The notes beneath the pieces are model-generated. The model saw nothing but the letters and a program-made list of their open reading frames with translations. It did no database searches and was not told the DNA's origin. Source: an uncultured Brevundimonas sp. (GTDB taxonomy: Bacteria; Pseudomonadota; Alphaproteobacteria; Caulobacterales; Caulobacteraceae). From it: DNA of 37,574 nt. The translations under genes and the position numbers were made by a program. Within the stretch, counting starts at the first letter, position 1, and each line of letters starts with the position of its first letter. The stretch is from positions 1-37,574 of the forward strand of contig CAZQBJ010000002.1 in the NCBI GenBank assembly GCA_964591465.1. Reading direction: 5' to 3'. Shown in pieces: positions 1-8,531 of this stretch.

Positions 1-311
1 ATCAGCGGTCTTTCTCCGAACTCAAGCCCGGCGACCAAGTGAATGACAAAAAAGTGCAGCAGCCAGTAGAGCCCCAAAAGCCACTTGTCCCAAACTGGCG
101 AGTCAGTCACCACCTTGCCCCTTTGAGCCAGGACATCCGGGTTGATCCGGTACATGTACGCCCAGCCTAGAAGAGCAATCGCCAAGCCGGTGCCAAAGTA
201 GACCCAAGAATGATAATCAGCGGCAAACCCCGAACCCACAAGGAACAGGAACAGCCCCAAAAGGCGCTGCACCAGCAAACGAATTCCGTAAAACACTGCG
301 CTCCTGTTCAT
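1..311 (-). CDS. Isoprenylcysteine carboxyl methyltransferase (ICMT/PEMT)-family membrane protein, N-terminal part (runs off window)
   Basis: Not in the ORF track. Manual translation from ATG at 311: MNRSAVFYGIRLLVQRLLGLFLFLVGSGFAADYHSWVYFG...RINPDVLAQRGKVVTDSPVWDKWLLGLYWLLHFFVIHLVAGLEFG. The hydrophobic segments and NPxxLxxR...WDK...VAGLE pattern are typical of this family's N-terminus. Alternative GTG start at 323. Confidence 0.6.
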   Translation of the reverse strand, partial: MNRSAVFYGIRLLVQRLLGLFLFLVGSGFAADYHSWVYFGTGLAIALLGWAYMYRINPDVLAQRGKVVTDSPVWDKWLLGLYWLLHFFVIHLVAGLEFGERPL

Positions 312-406
312 CAACCTATCCACCCTTCCCGCCACAGCGATCACGACGCCCTTATTTGTTCCCCATCCTGTGTCTCTTTTCCTATTGGTCCATTGCGTGC
401 CCATTA

Positions 407-435
407 TTGACATATGCCCATAAACAAGTTATGCT
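407..435 (+). promoter_or_regulatory. Sigma70/SigA promoter for the DUF5320-DUF134 operon
   Basis: TTGACA (407-412), 17-nt spacer, TATGCT (430-435). Confidence 0.75.
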
Positions 436-481
436 AAAGACAAATGAACATATACCCAAAAGGAAGGAGGAAAGAAACAGG

Positions 482-706
482 ATGCCTAGAATGGATGGAA
501 CAGGACCATGGGGTATGGGCCCCTGCGGCCGGGGCCTGTGGCACGCAGGCTGGGGGTGGCGAGCTGCTCCGGGCTGGCGACCTTGGTTTTACGCAGCAGG
601 CTTTTCCCGGGAAGAGCTCCTGAGGGAGCAGAAAAGCGCATTGGAGAAGCAATTAGCCTGGATCGAAGAAGAACTGAAAGTAATTCAGACCGAAGTTAAG
701 GAGTGA
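482..706 (+). CDS. DUF5320 family protein
   Basis: AAGGAGG RBS then ATG at 482; MPRMDGTGPWGMGPCGRG signature, Gly/Trp-rich middle, C-terminal coiled coil (EELLREQKSALEKQLAWIEEEL). Confidence 0.8.
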   Translation: MPRMDGTGPWGMGPCGRGLWHAGWGWRAAPGWRPWFYAAGFSREELLREQKSALEKQLAWIEEELKVIQTEVKE

Positions 707-711
707 TTCTC

Positions 712-1074
712 TTGCCGAGACCTCGCAAAGGGCGCAGGGTTTGCTGCCTGCCGCCGCACAGCGTATTTGGACCCCTGCACGGCCCTCCCCAGGGCGAAGT
801 GGTCATGACCGTGGATGAGTACGAGTCCATCCGCCTGCTGGATCTGGAAGGGCTTACCCAGGAAGAAGCGGCGGAACGCATGGAAGTGGCCCGCACCACT
901 GTGCAGCGCATCTACGCCACCGCACGCCAGAAAGTGGCCCAGGCTCTGTATGAAGGAGCTGTACTGCGCATCGAGGGCGGGGACTATGAGCTGTATTCGG
1001 CTGATCAGGAGGCTTACGGCTGCGGGCGCTGCCGCAGGAAGCGGCGGGGTTTCGGCAGAAGACACGGTATGTAG
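712..1074 (+). CDS. DUF134 domain putative DNA-binding protein
   Basis: TTG start after AAGGAG; PRPRKGRRV...DEYESIRLLDLEGLTQEEAAERMEVARTTVQRIY...ARQKVAQAL...IEGG, the DUF134/sigma-r4-like HTH pattern. Confidence 0.88.
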   Translation: MPRPRKGRRVCCLPPHSVFGPLHGPPQGEVVMTVDEYESIRLLDLEGLTQEEAAERMEVARTTVQRIYATARQKVAQALYEGAVLRIEGGDYELYSADQEAYGCGRCRRKRRGFGRRHGM

Positions 1075-1076
1075 AG

Positions 1077-1109
1077 GATCCCAGGGGCTGGCCCCTGGGA
1101 TCTTTCTTT
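1077..1109. terminator. Intrinsic terminator between convergent genes
   Basis: GATCCCAGGGG-ctgg-CCCCTGGGATC followed by TTTCTTT. Confidence 0.8.
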
Positions 1110-1740
1110 ACCGCCCGCGGCGCTGCTCGTAGTCCGCGGCTATGCTGGTCTTCCACTCATCCTCCACTTTGCCAGTTCTCCTATAGGCAGCCACCGTCTC
1201 GCTCATCACTGCGAAGTTAAGGGCGATGCCCTGGGGATCGGCATGGAAGCTTTGAGCCCGGTCTGCTTCGATTCCATAGCGGGCTGCAGTCTCAATGGCG
1301 TCCATATTGGCCCCCAAGAAGATAAACTCCCAACCGTGCTTTTCCCTCCGCTCCTCCACCAGCGCCCTCACCCGCCGGGCCGAGAACTCCCGGCTGCTGT
1401 TTTCCTGGCCGTCGGTGATGATCACACACATGACTTTGCGGGCATCATCCTCCCCTTGCCCGGCGGCCATCTTCTGGATGGTACGTCCCATGGCATCCAG
1501 CAGAGCAGTGGAACCCCCCACCTGGTACTCCCGGCGCGTCAAAGGCTGCACATGGCTGAGTTCAAGGCGTTCATGGAGCACCTCATAGCCGTGGTCGAAG
1601 AGCACTGTGGTAACCAGGCACAGGCCCTCAACCTCCCTCTGCTTAGCCAGCAGCGCATTGTACCCCCCGATGGTGTCGTCCTCCAAACCTCCCATGGACC
1701 CACTCTTGTCCAGAATAAAGACTAGCTCCGTAAGACCCAT
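1108..1740 (-). CDS. von Willebrand factor A (vWA) domain protein
   Basis: MIDAS motif ILDKSGSM, GSTALLDAMG, IITDGQENSS, WEFIFLGAN; GGAGG RBS. Confidence 0.9.
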   Translation of the reverse strand: MGLTELVFILDKSGSMGGLEDDTIGGYNALLAKQREVEGLCLVTTVLFDHGYEVLHERLELSHVQPLTRREYQVGGSTALLDAMGRTIQKMAAGQGEDDARKVMCVIITDGQENSSREFSARRVRALVEERREKHGWEFIFLGANMDAIETAARYGIEADRAQSFHADPQGIALNFAVMSETVAAYRRTGKVEDEWKTSIAADYEQRRGR

Positions 1741-1933
1741 TGCTGCATCCCTCCATAGGTATTTTCACCCCCAGGATACCAGGGGCAAATGGAAGGATGG
1801 TCGCTTACGAGGCGACAAATGGCCCACTGCGAAAAGAGGATTAGTGGTTCTTTCGTCGAAATTACCATCTACAGAAGATTTAGAATACTGATATCTTAAG
1901 TCCATGTTTGACCACCAGAAGGAGAGTCCATTT

Positions 1934-2629
1934 GTGCTGTTTGAAACCATTTTCAAGAGAAGACAAGTACGCAGGTTTGGCAGACAACCACTGAGCAATC
2001 AGGTTCTGGGTGAGATTGCCGCCTGCGTATCTCAATCAGACCAGCTTGCCGGTACCTGTGCACGGTTCAGCATCGCTTCTGCGGAAGAAGTAAGCGGCGG
2101 GGTCTCCGCCCCCCATTACCTGCTGAGCTACTGCGATGACAGCAGCGCCGCCTACGCCAACGTGGGTTATGTACTGCAAAAGGCAGATTTGTACATTCAA
2201 AGCATGGGGCTGGGCAGCGGCTGGTTCTTCCTGGGACCCAGGCCGAAAAAGAACAGGTCGGGCTTCTGCATTGCCCTGGCTTTTGGCCCCACAGAGGTGC
2301 CCATGAGAACCGGCCCCCATGACTTTCGCAGGCTGCCGGTGGAAAGAATCAGCCCCGTGGACAACACGGTGACCCAGGCGGTGCGCCTGGCTCCGTCTTC
2401 TGTGAACTCTCAACCCTGGATCCTGGAATTCGCAGAGGGCAAGGTGATCCTCAAGGAACAAGGACGGGGCATAGCCCGCGTAGTGCTGCGCAATAAGCTC
2501 AACAAGATCGATCTGGGCATTGCGGCCAGGCATGCTGTGCTGGCACTACTGCACGAGGGGAAAGAGGTAAAGAATGTGGTTGCCACGGAATCGGACCAGG
2601 AGTTTCGCGTAGAAATAGCCTATAAATGA
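1934..2629 (+). CDS. Nitroreductase family protein (TM1586-like)
   Basis: IFKRRQVRRF N-terminus, RLAPSSVNSQPW, KIDLGIAARH; GTG start after AAGGAG. Confidence 0.8.
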   Translation: MLFETIFKRRQVRRFGRQPLSNQVLGEIAACVSQSDQLAGTCARFSIASAEEVSGGVSAPHYLLSYCDDSSAAYANVGYVLQKADLYIQSMGLGSGWFFLGPRPKKNRSGFCIALAFGPTEVPMRTGPHDFRRLPVERISPVDNTVTQAVRLAPSSVNSQPWILEFAEGKVILKEQGRGIARVVLRNKLNKIDLGIAARHAVLALLHEGKEVKNVVATESDQEFRVEIAYK

Positions 2630-2663
2630 AAAGAAGCCCTAACGGGCCAAGGGGGAAACACCT

Positions 2664-3107
2664 TTGAAAACGGCCATTTTGTACTGTTCCCAGCATCACG
2701 GGAACACAAAGAAGCTCCTGGATGCCATAGCCAAGCAGGCTGATGTTACCCTGCTTGAGGCATCGGCTCACGAACCTGCCGACCTTACGGGGTATGATCT
2801 CATCGGCTTTGCCTCAGGCATTTACTACTCCAAACTGCACGAAAGCGTGGTGGCCTGCGCCGAAAAGAGCCTTCCAACCGGGAAGAAGATCTTCATCGTC
2901 TACACCTACGGCGCTTGGAAACCCGATTTGCAGAACATACAGAAAATCGCCGCGGCCAAGGAAGCGCAGATCCTTGGAGTCTACGGCTGTCGGGGATTTT
3001 CCGACTACGGGCCGCTGAAACTCATCGGCGGGATCGGCAAAGGGCGTCCCAACGCTGAAGAAATCGCTGGAGCCGTGAGGTTTTTCAAGGGGCTGACGGC
3101 GAGGTAA
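2664..3107 (+). CDS. Flavodoxin family protein
   Basis: ILYCSQHHGNTKK FMN loop, YDLIGFASGIY, CRGF..YGPLKLIGGIGKGRPN. Confidence 0.85.
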   Translation: MKTAILYCSQHHGNTKKLLDAIAKQADVTLLEASAHEPADLTGYDLIGFASGIYYSKLHESVVACAEKSLPTGKKIFIVYTYGAWKPDLQNIQKIAAAKEAQILGVYGCRGFSDYGPLKLIGGIGKGRPNAEEIAGAVRFFKGLTAR

Positions 3108-3127
3108 ACTTCGAGCGATCGGTTTCC

Positions 3128-3589
3128 TTACCACAAAGGGAAGTTTTCCAGCGTAACCGCGCAGTGAAAAACGAGGAAGATCAGGCTGGTAACAGAAATC
3201 ACAGCAACCCTTTTAGCCAGCCCGGCGCAGAAAAAAGACAAGGGCGGCAGGACAACTAAAGAGTAGACGATGAAGTCGTTCTGAACTCCCGCGTAGTAGC
3301 AGGCCCAGCCAGCCCAGTAAAGAGCGATTGCCGCAAGGCTGAGCACCGCTGGAATCCCCTTGGGCAGTGCCGCTTCCACCTGTTCGCGGGAAACCAGAAA
3401 CAACAGCATGATCACAATGGAGACTCCCAAAATGTGCTCACCGTACTCCAGCACTACTATCTCAGACGAGTTTCTACTGAGCACATTCTGGGCGGGAGGA
3501 AAGAGAGCCCAAAGCACGTTGGGCAGCGCCTGCAGCACCACCACGAGAAAACCGAATCTGGAAAAACCAACCCTAACGCGGCGAAACAC
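3128..3589 (-). CDS. Hypothetical multi-pass membrane protein
   Basis: About 4-5 hydrophobic segments; GAGGGG RBS with GTG; directly downstream of the macro-domain gene. Confidence 0.7.
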   Translation of the reverse strand: MFRRVRVGFSRFGFLVVVLQALPNVLWALFPPAQNVLSRNSSEIVVLEYGEHILGVSIVIMLLFLVSREQVEAALPKGIPAVLSLAAIALYWAGWACYYAGVQNDFIVYSLVVLPPLSFFCAGLAKRVAVISVTSLIFLVFHCAVTLENFPLW

Positions 3590-3605
3590 AAGCGTTCCCC
3601 CTCAT

Positions 3606-4586
3606 CTACTCTTCGCCAAGCTTTCCCACGCTCCCCAGCAGGGGCTGATCGTAACTGAAAAGCACTTCGTTCAGTTCAAAGATGTCGTAGCGGCCGTTGA
3701 TGATGAAATACTGGACAATGACATCAAAGACCTGGCTGGGGGAAAGGGCGTAACCGGCCTTCCTCAAAAGCTCATCCGTTTCCTCCAGGCTGAGCTCCAA
3801 AGCCAGGGACAAGGCCAGGACTGTACGTTTGCTGGGTACGTAGTCCCTGTTGCTGCGGATTTTGGAAAAGAGCCGGCGGTCTAAGTTGGCCCTTTTGTAC
3901 ACCTCCACATCTGTTTTGCCCTTGGCGTCAATTAGGTGGAAAAGGGCTTCGCAAAACGGTTCCTCCAGATCATCCAGCAGCCCCTCCACGGATCGCCGAG
4001 GCTCGAGGGCCGCGTGGTAGGCAATGAAGCTTTCTTCCCGCAGCTCCCCGTGGAGCTCCTCCCGCTGTTCTGCAAGGTAGCGGGCCACATCCACCAGCAG
4101 CTCTTCTTCCACCTCCACAGCTTCCCGGCTCAAGACCGCCAGATAGACCTGCAAATCATGTTCCCTGAGGAAATCGCGGATGGCCGAAGTGGCGATGCGC
4201 AGAGCTTCCCCTTTGGGGTAACCGTAAATGCCGCTGGAGATCAAGGGAAAGGCGATGCTCGCGCAGCCGTGCTCTACGGCCAGGCGCAAGCTGTTTAGGT
4301 AGCAGGTCCTGAGCTGATCCCCTTCCCCTTTTTCCCCGCCTTGGTAGACTGGGCCCGCGGTATGGATCACATACTTGGCCGGCAGTGCAAAACCGGGAGT
4401 AAGCACCGCCTCACCCACAGCAATGGGTGCCAGGGGCAGGCAGGCCCTTGCCATCTCTTCAGTCCCCGCCGCGCGGAAGATGGCCCCGCACACTCCGCCA
4501 CCCATGGCCAGGTTGGTATTGGCCGCGTTCACAATGGCATCCACCTGCATTTTGGTAATGTCCTCTTGGACAAGGCTAAAAGGCAT
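3606..4586 (-). CDS. Macro domain (ADP-ribose binding / O-acetyl-ADP-ribose deacetylase-like) protein with C-terminal HTH-like domain
   Basis: DITKMQVDAIVNAAN..GGGVCGAI, YVIHTAGP, SIAFPLISSGIYGYP; C-terminal TDVEVYKRANLDRRLFSKIR...PSKRTVLALSLAL resembles an XRE-type HTH. Confidence 0.9.
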   Translation of the reverse strand: MPFSLVQEDITKMQVDAIVNAANTNLAMGGGVCGAIFRAAGTEEMARACLPLAPIAVGEAVLTPGFALPAKYVIHTAGPVYQGGEKGEGDQLRTCYLNSLRLAVEHGCASIAFPLISSGIYGYPKGEALRIATSAIRDFLREHDLQVYLAVLSREAVEVEEELLVDVARYLAEQREELHGELREESFIAYHAALEPRRSVEGLLDDLEEPFCEALFHLIDAKGKTDVEVYKRANLDRRLFSKIRSNRDYVPSKRTVLALSLALELSLEETDELLRKAGYALSPSQVFDVIVQYFIINGRYDIFELNEVLFSYDQPLLGSVGKLGEE

Positions 4587-4737
4587 GGCGCTTCCTCCTT
4601 CCCGTCTTCACGAATTTATTCGGCCCCGAGGGGCCCAGTACCTCCCAAGAACTGCCATCACTCCCTGCAGGATTCCCCAAAGGAAAATCGATGGCACAGG
4701 AGAAAAGGGAGAACAAATGAAGTGGAAAGGGATGCCT

Positions 4738-5382
4738 ATGAAAAGACTGCTTCTATTCTCCTTGATTTTCCCTGCCCTCCTGGCCGCGGGCTGCCTGGCG
4801 GAAATGGGCGCACATCTGGTGGAGCTGGAAATCAAACCCGCTCCCGGCGGACTCATCAATCGGCCCCTGAGGCCCCAAGGCGCGAACGACATTCGCTACA
4901 TAATGCTCCATGCCATCAGCGATTGCGCGGAGAACCCCACGGATCCCTTCCAGATGGAGCGCATTGAGTACATTTTCCGCACCTACCAGGTGGAAGCCCA
5001 CTACGTGATTGACCGTGAGGGCCAGATCTACCAATTCGTCCAGGATGCCTGTGAGGCCCGCCACGCTGGCAGCGGTACTTGGGCCGGCGATCCGAAGCTA
5101 ACCAACAAAATGAACCGTTACTCCATCGGCATCGAACTTTTGGGTATCGGAACCGCAGCGGAGATGGAATCGGTCATCGGCCCCGAGGCCAACGCCCTGA
5201 TCCGCAGCGAGGATCGGGGCTATACTCAGGCGCAGTACTTAAGCCTGGACCTTCTCCTGGAGCACCTCATGGACCGCTATGCCATTCCCCCAGAAAACAT
5301 CCTCACCCATCGCCAATACGCTCCAGACCGCAAATGGGATCCGGGGGAGCTCTTTGCCTGGCCCACTTCCATCAGCCAGTAA
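4738..5382 (+). CDS. N-acetylmuramoyl-L-alanine amidase (Amidase_2), exported, possible lipoprotein
   Basis: IMLHA, AHYVIDREG, ARHAG, NRYSIGIEL, ILTHRQYAPDRKWDPG (Zn-ligand motifs); signal peptide MKRLLLFSLIFPALLAAGC. Confidence 0.88.
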   Translation: MKRLLLFSLIFPALLAAGCLAEMGAHLVELEIKPAPGGLINRPLRPQGANDIRYIMLHAISDCAENPTDPFQMERIEYIFRTYQVEAHYVIDREGQIYQFVQDACEARHAGSGTWAGDPKLTNKMNRYSIGIELLGIGTAAEMESVIGPEANALIRSEDRGYTQAQYLSLDLLLEHLMDRYAIPPENILTHRQYAPDRKWDPGELFAWPTSISQ

Positions 5383-5405
5383 TGCCAGACCCAGCAAACA
5401 AAGTA

Positions 5406-5433
5406 GGACAGATCGCTCCACAGCGATCTGTCC
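5406..5433. terminator. Hairpin/terminator between convergent genes
   Basis: GGACAGATCGCT-ccac-AGCGATCTGTCC perfect 12-bp stem. Confidence 0.7.
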
Positions 5434-5492
5434 GTTGTTAACATGGGGCTGCCCACTACTGCCCCTGCAATCCTTTTGTCCTTTGTCGTTCT

Positions 5493-7640
5493 TTAGACAC
5501 CGCGCAGAACCAGGCAAGTAACGCTGCTGGGCTCGATTTCCAGCTGTAGGCTCGGCCCGCTGATTTGCACTGCTTCCTTGAGCGGTTCAAACTTCACCCG
5601 ATTTGGTGCAAGGGGTGTGTTCATGAGCGTTTCATCGCCGCTGAGCACCTCTGCCGAAACCACCTGCAGGGATCCGCCAAACGTAGGAGACTCAATAACC
5701 ACGCTCTGCGGCTCTTCTGGGTCCTTGTTGACCAGGACTATTTCCAGGTCACCATTGGGCTGCTGCACAGCTATGGCATCGACAATGGGCACACCGGAGA
5801 CTGCTTGGGCAGTGAAGTTCCTGGGTGCATCGTAGCTTGGGGCCTCACACCTTACCCGCCACAATTTACCACCGGCAAATCTGGAATAGCGGTGCAGAAC
5901 CTCCACCTGGGGATCCCAATACAGGACGGGACCAAACTTCCTGAGGCAGCCCGCATGGAACAGGCCGTTGGGGCTGGCCATCCTCACCCGCTCCTTGAGC
6001 CGAATGACCATGTTCAACAGCAGGGCACCGTAGATTGCACCCGCTGCATTGCCCACCTCAGGTAGATGTGCAGCTCCCAGGATTCCCCATTCATCTATTG
6101 CCAAACCAATGTCCTCTCCGGGCCTCAGCTCCTCTGCCTGCAAGAACAGTTCAGGGAGATCATGGCGCTCCCACCGCCAAACATGGGCCAAGAGGTCCTT
6201 GAAAATGTCGCGATTGGTATGCCCAGCTGGAAAGCCCCTATGGTTTTCCGGTAAGGCGTGCAGGGAGATGCACTCTAGATTGGGCCCTCCATGGCGGAGC
6301 AGCGACTCGTTCCACCTCAGGTCACCATTCCAAGAATGCTCTCGATCTAGGAAATCAGAGAAGCTGCCTGTGGCGATGAGCTTGATGGACGGATCTACCC
6401 GGCGCATTTCGGCAGACCACTCCTTGTAGCGGCGTGCATTTTCCTCAGCACCGCAGTGGCCCACCTGCCATGGGCCGTAGATCTCATTGCCCACCTCCCA
6501 GTACTCTACTCCATAGGGCTCGGGATGGCCGTTTTCCGCCCTCTTCCGGCCCCAATAGGTGTCGGGCGAGCCATTGCAGTATTCCACCCAGGCCGCCGCT
6601 TCATGGGCCGTCCCATTGCCCTGGTTAACGCAGATCAGCGGCTTACTTCCGATTAAGCGGCAGAGTTTGATGAACTCGTCCGTACCCAGGAAGTTCGTGT
6701 CAATGCCGCCCCATGCTGGATTGGGCACTGTCTGGCGCAGATCCAGGTCCCCGATGCCGTGCCAAAAATGGTATCCACTGGCAAAATTGCCGCCGGGCCA
6801 TCTGAGGATCGGGGGCGCTAGTTTCCTTAAAAGCCCTATTACATCAGGATCAAAGCCGTCTATGCTGTCTTCGGGTTCCAGGATCACCCGATCAATCCAT
6901 ACCTTGCCCGTACCCGTGATGGTCACGCAAAAATCGATGGGTTCAAAGGGCTTTAGGGAAGAAGCTGGGATAGCCAAACTAAACTTCTGCTTCGTCCACT
7001 GTGCGGACGGCCACTGGAGCTGGCATTCTGCCAATAGCGAACCCAAATCATCTTCTCCAACGGCGTCGCGTTTTCGGAACTCTACCTTGATTTTCCCCTC
7101 TCCTATGGCTCTCAGCCAGACATACCCCTGGTAGCGCTCTTCTCGATGGATTGGGGGTACAATCCCTTGGCTCAAGACGACTTTGTCCCCATCACACTCC
7201 AAAAAGACGGCCGGCCCCACCCTTCCTGGTTCGCCGCCCCGACCTCGGCCCCGCGGGCGAATCCGCCAGGGTAGCGGTACCAGATCATCTGCTTCGTCAT
7301 CGAAAATAAAGGAGCCGAAACCTGTGGATAGTTTGCGCGGCCTCCAGTTGACCAGCTCGCTTCTTTCCTCATCGTTTAGTTTATGAATCTGTTCCATGGT
7401 CCGTCCATAGGCGTTCAGTAAATCGCGCTGGTCCTGGGGCAGATTGTGTTCTGCCATGGTAGGATTAGCCAGCAGTTGGGATAGGACCCCCCCATGGAAC
7501 GAGGCGCCCAGGTTCTCCAGGAAGTTGGAAAACAGTTCTCCGTGAATGGGCTCACCGGGCGCTTCGCTGGGCGCAAGAGTGATCCGAACAGTCTTTTCAG
7601 CTCTGGGAACATACTCGAAACGTTCTAGACTCCGCTCCAT
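5493..7640 (-). CDS. GH51 alpha-L-arabinofuranosidase-like glycoside hydrolase (long form)
   Basis: LRWPGGNFASGYHF, FLGTDEF, WEVGNE (acid/base), AIDEWG (nucleophile), C-terminal beta-sandwich. Confidence 0.85.
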   Translation of the reverse strand: MERSLERFEYVPRAEKTVRITLAPSEAPGEPIHGELFSNFLENLGASFHGGVLSQLLANPTMAEHNLPQDQRDLLNAYGRTMEQIHKLNDEERSELVNWRPRKLSTGFGSFIFDDEADDLVPLPWRIRPRGRGRGGEPGRVGPAVFLECDGDKVVLSQGIVPPIHREERYQGYVWLRAIGEGKIKVEFRKRDAVGEDDLGSLLAECQLQWPSAQWTKQKFSLAIPASSLKPFEPIDFCVTITGTGKVWIDRVILEPEDSIDGFDPDVIGLLRKLAPPILRWPGGNFASGYHFWHGIGDLDLRQTVPNPAWGGIDTNFLGTDEFIKLCRLIGSKPLICVNQGNGTAHEAAAWVEYCNGSPDTYWGRKRAENGHPEPYGVEYWEVGNEIYGPWQVGHCGAEENARRYKEWSAEMRRVDPSIKLIATGSFSDFLDREHSWNGDLRWNESLLRHGGPNLECISLHALPENHRGFPAGHTNRDIFKDLLAHVWRWERHDLPELFLQAEELRPGEDIGLAIDEWGILGAAHLPEVGNAAGAIYGALLLNMVIRLKERVRMASPNGLFHAGCLRKFGPVLYWDPQVEVLHRYSRFAGGKLWRVRCEAPSYDAPRNFTAQAVSGVPIVDAIAVQQPNGDLEIVLVNKDPEEPQSVVIESPTFGGSLQVVSAEVLSGDETLMNTPLAPNRVKFEPLKEAVQISGPSLQLEIEPSSVTCLVLRGV

Positions 7641-7679
7641 TTGCTAACACTCCTTTGGGATTTGATCTTACGCACCGCA

Positions 7680-8507
7680 CTAACCCTTAAGCCCTGTAAT
7701 GGCCACGCTCTGCATGAAGTAACGCTGGAAGAACAGATACATCAACAACAAGGGCAGCATGGAAAGGAGGGTAGCCGCCAAAGTGGGACCATATTCGATG
7801 ACACGCTCGCCAATAAACATGGCTATTCCAGCCGGTAGAGTGCGCATGTTGGCCGAACTCGTCAGCATCAGGGGATAGATCAGGTCATTCCAGTTGAACA
7901 TGAAGTGGAATAACCCAAGACTGAGCAGTGCCGACTTGCACAAGGGCAGCATTATTCTGGCGAAGATACCGAACTCGTGTAAGCCATCAATCCTCGCTGC
8001 CTCCTCAAGGTCTTTAGGTAGTGATACGAAAAATGATCTCATCATGTAAATACCGAAGGCGCTAGTAGCCCTAGGCAGGATCAAACCAGCGTAGGTGTCA
8101 AGTAAACCGAATTTGTAAATCTCGATGAAGAGAGGAATCATAATCACCTGAAAGGGTACCATCATGGTCACCAAAATCAAGTTAAACAGGCTGCCCTTGC
8201 CCTTGAAATTGAGCCGCGCGAAGGCATAGCCCGCCATGGAGTCAAAGCACAGGCAGAGCAGGGTGGTGACAGTGGCGAAAATCAGCGTGTTTAGGAAGAA
8301 CTGCATCAACGGGATGCGATCCCAAACCCGAATATAGTTCAAGGTTGTATAGCGGGAAGCAAACAGGCGCGGAGGATACTGGAATAGGTCTCTCTCAAAC
8401 TTAAACGTGGAGACAATGATCCACAGAAAGGGGTACAGCACGGAAACTGCCACGCCAATCATGATGAGAACAACGACTATCTGGCCGAACAAACTCTTCT
8501 TCCTCAT
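7680..8507 (-). CDS. Carbohydrate ABC transporter permease (MalG/AraQ type)
   Basis: AGYAFARLNFKGK, EAA loop LEEAARIDG, WNDLIYPL. Confidence 0.92.
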   Translation of the reverse strand: MRKKSLFGQIVVVLIMIGVAVSVLYPFLWIIVSTFKFERDLFQYPPRLFASRYTTLNYIRVWDRIPLMQFFLNTLIFATVTTLLCLCFDSMAGYAFARLNFKGKGSLFNLILVTMMVPFQVIMIPLFIEIYKFGLLDTYAGLILPRATSAFGIYMMRSFFVSLPKDLEEAARIDGLHEFGIFARIMLPLCKSALLSLGLFHFMFNWNDLIYPLMLTSSANMRTLPAGIAMFIGERVIEYGPTLAATLLSMLPLLLMYLFFQRYFMQSVAITGLKG

Positions 8508-8531
8508 GATGCCACTCCTTTACTCCCCCAC

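Noticed and set aside
4375-4737. Upstream extensions in the ORF track (amidase; likewise DUF5320, kdgK, dps, tldD)
   Set aside because: They overlap neighbouring genes or promoters; downstream starts have clear RBSs and match family N-termini
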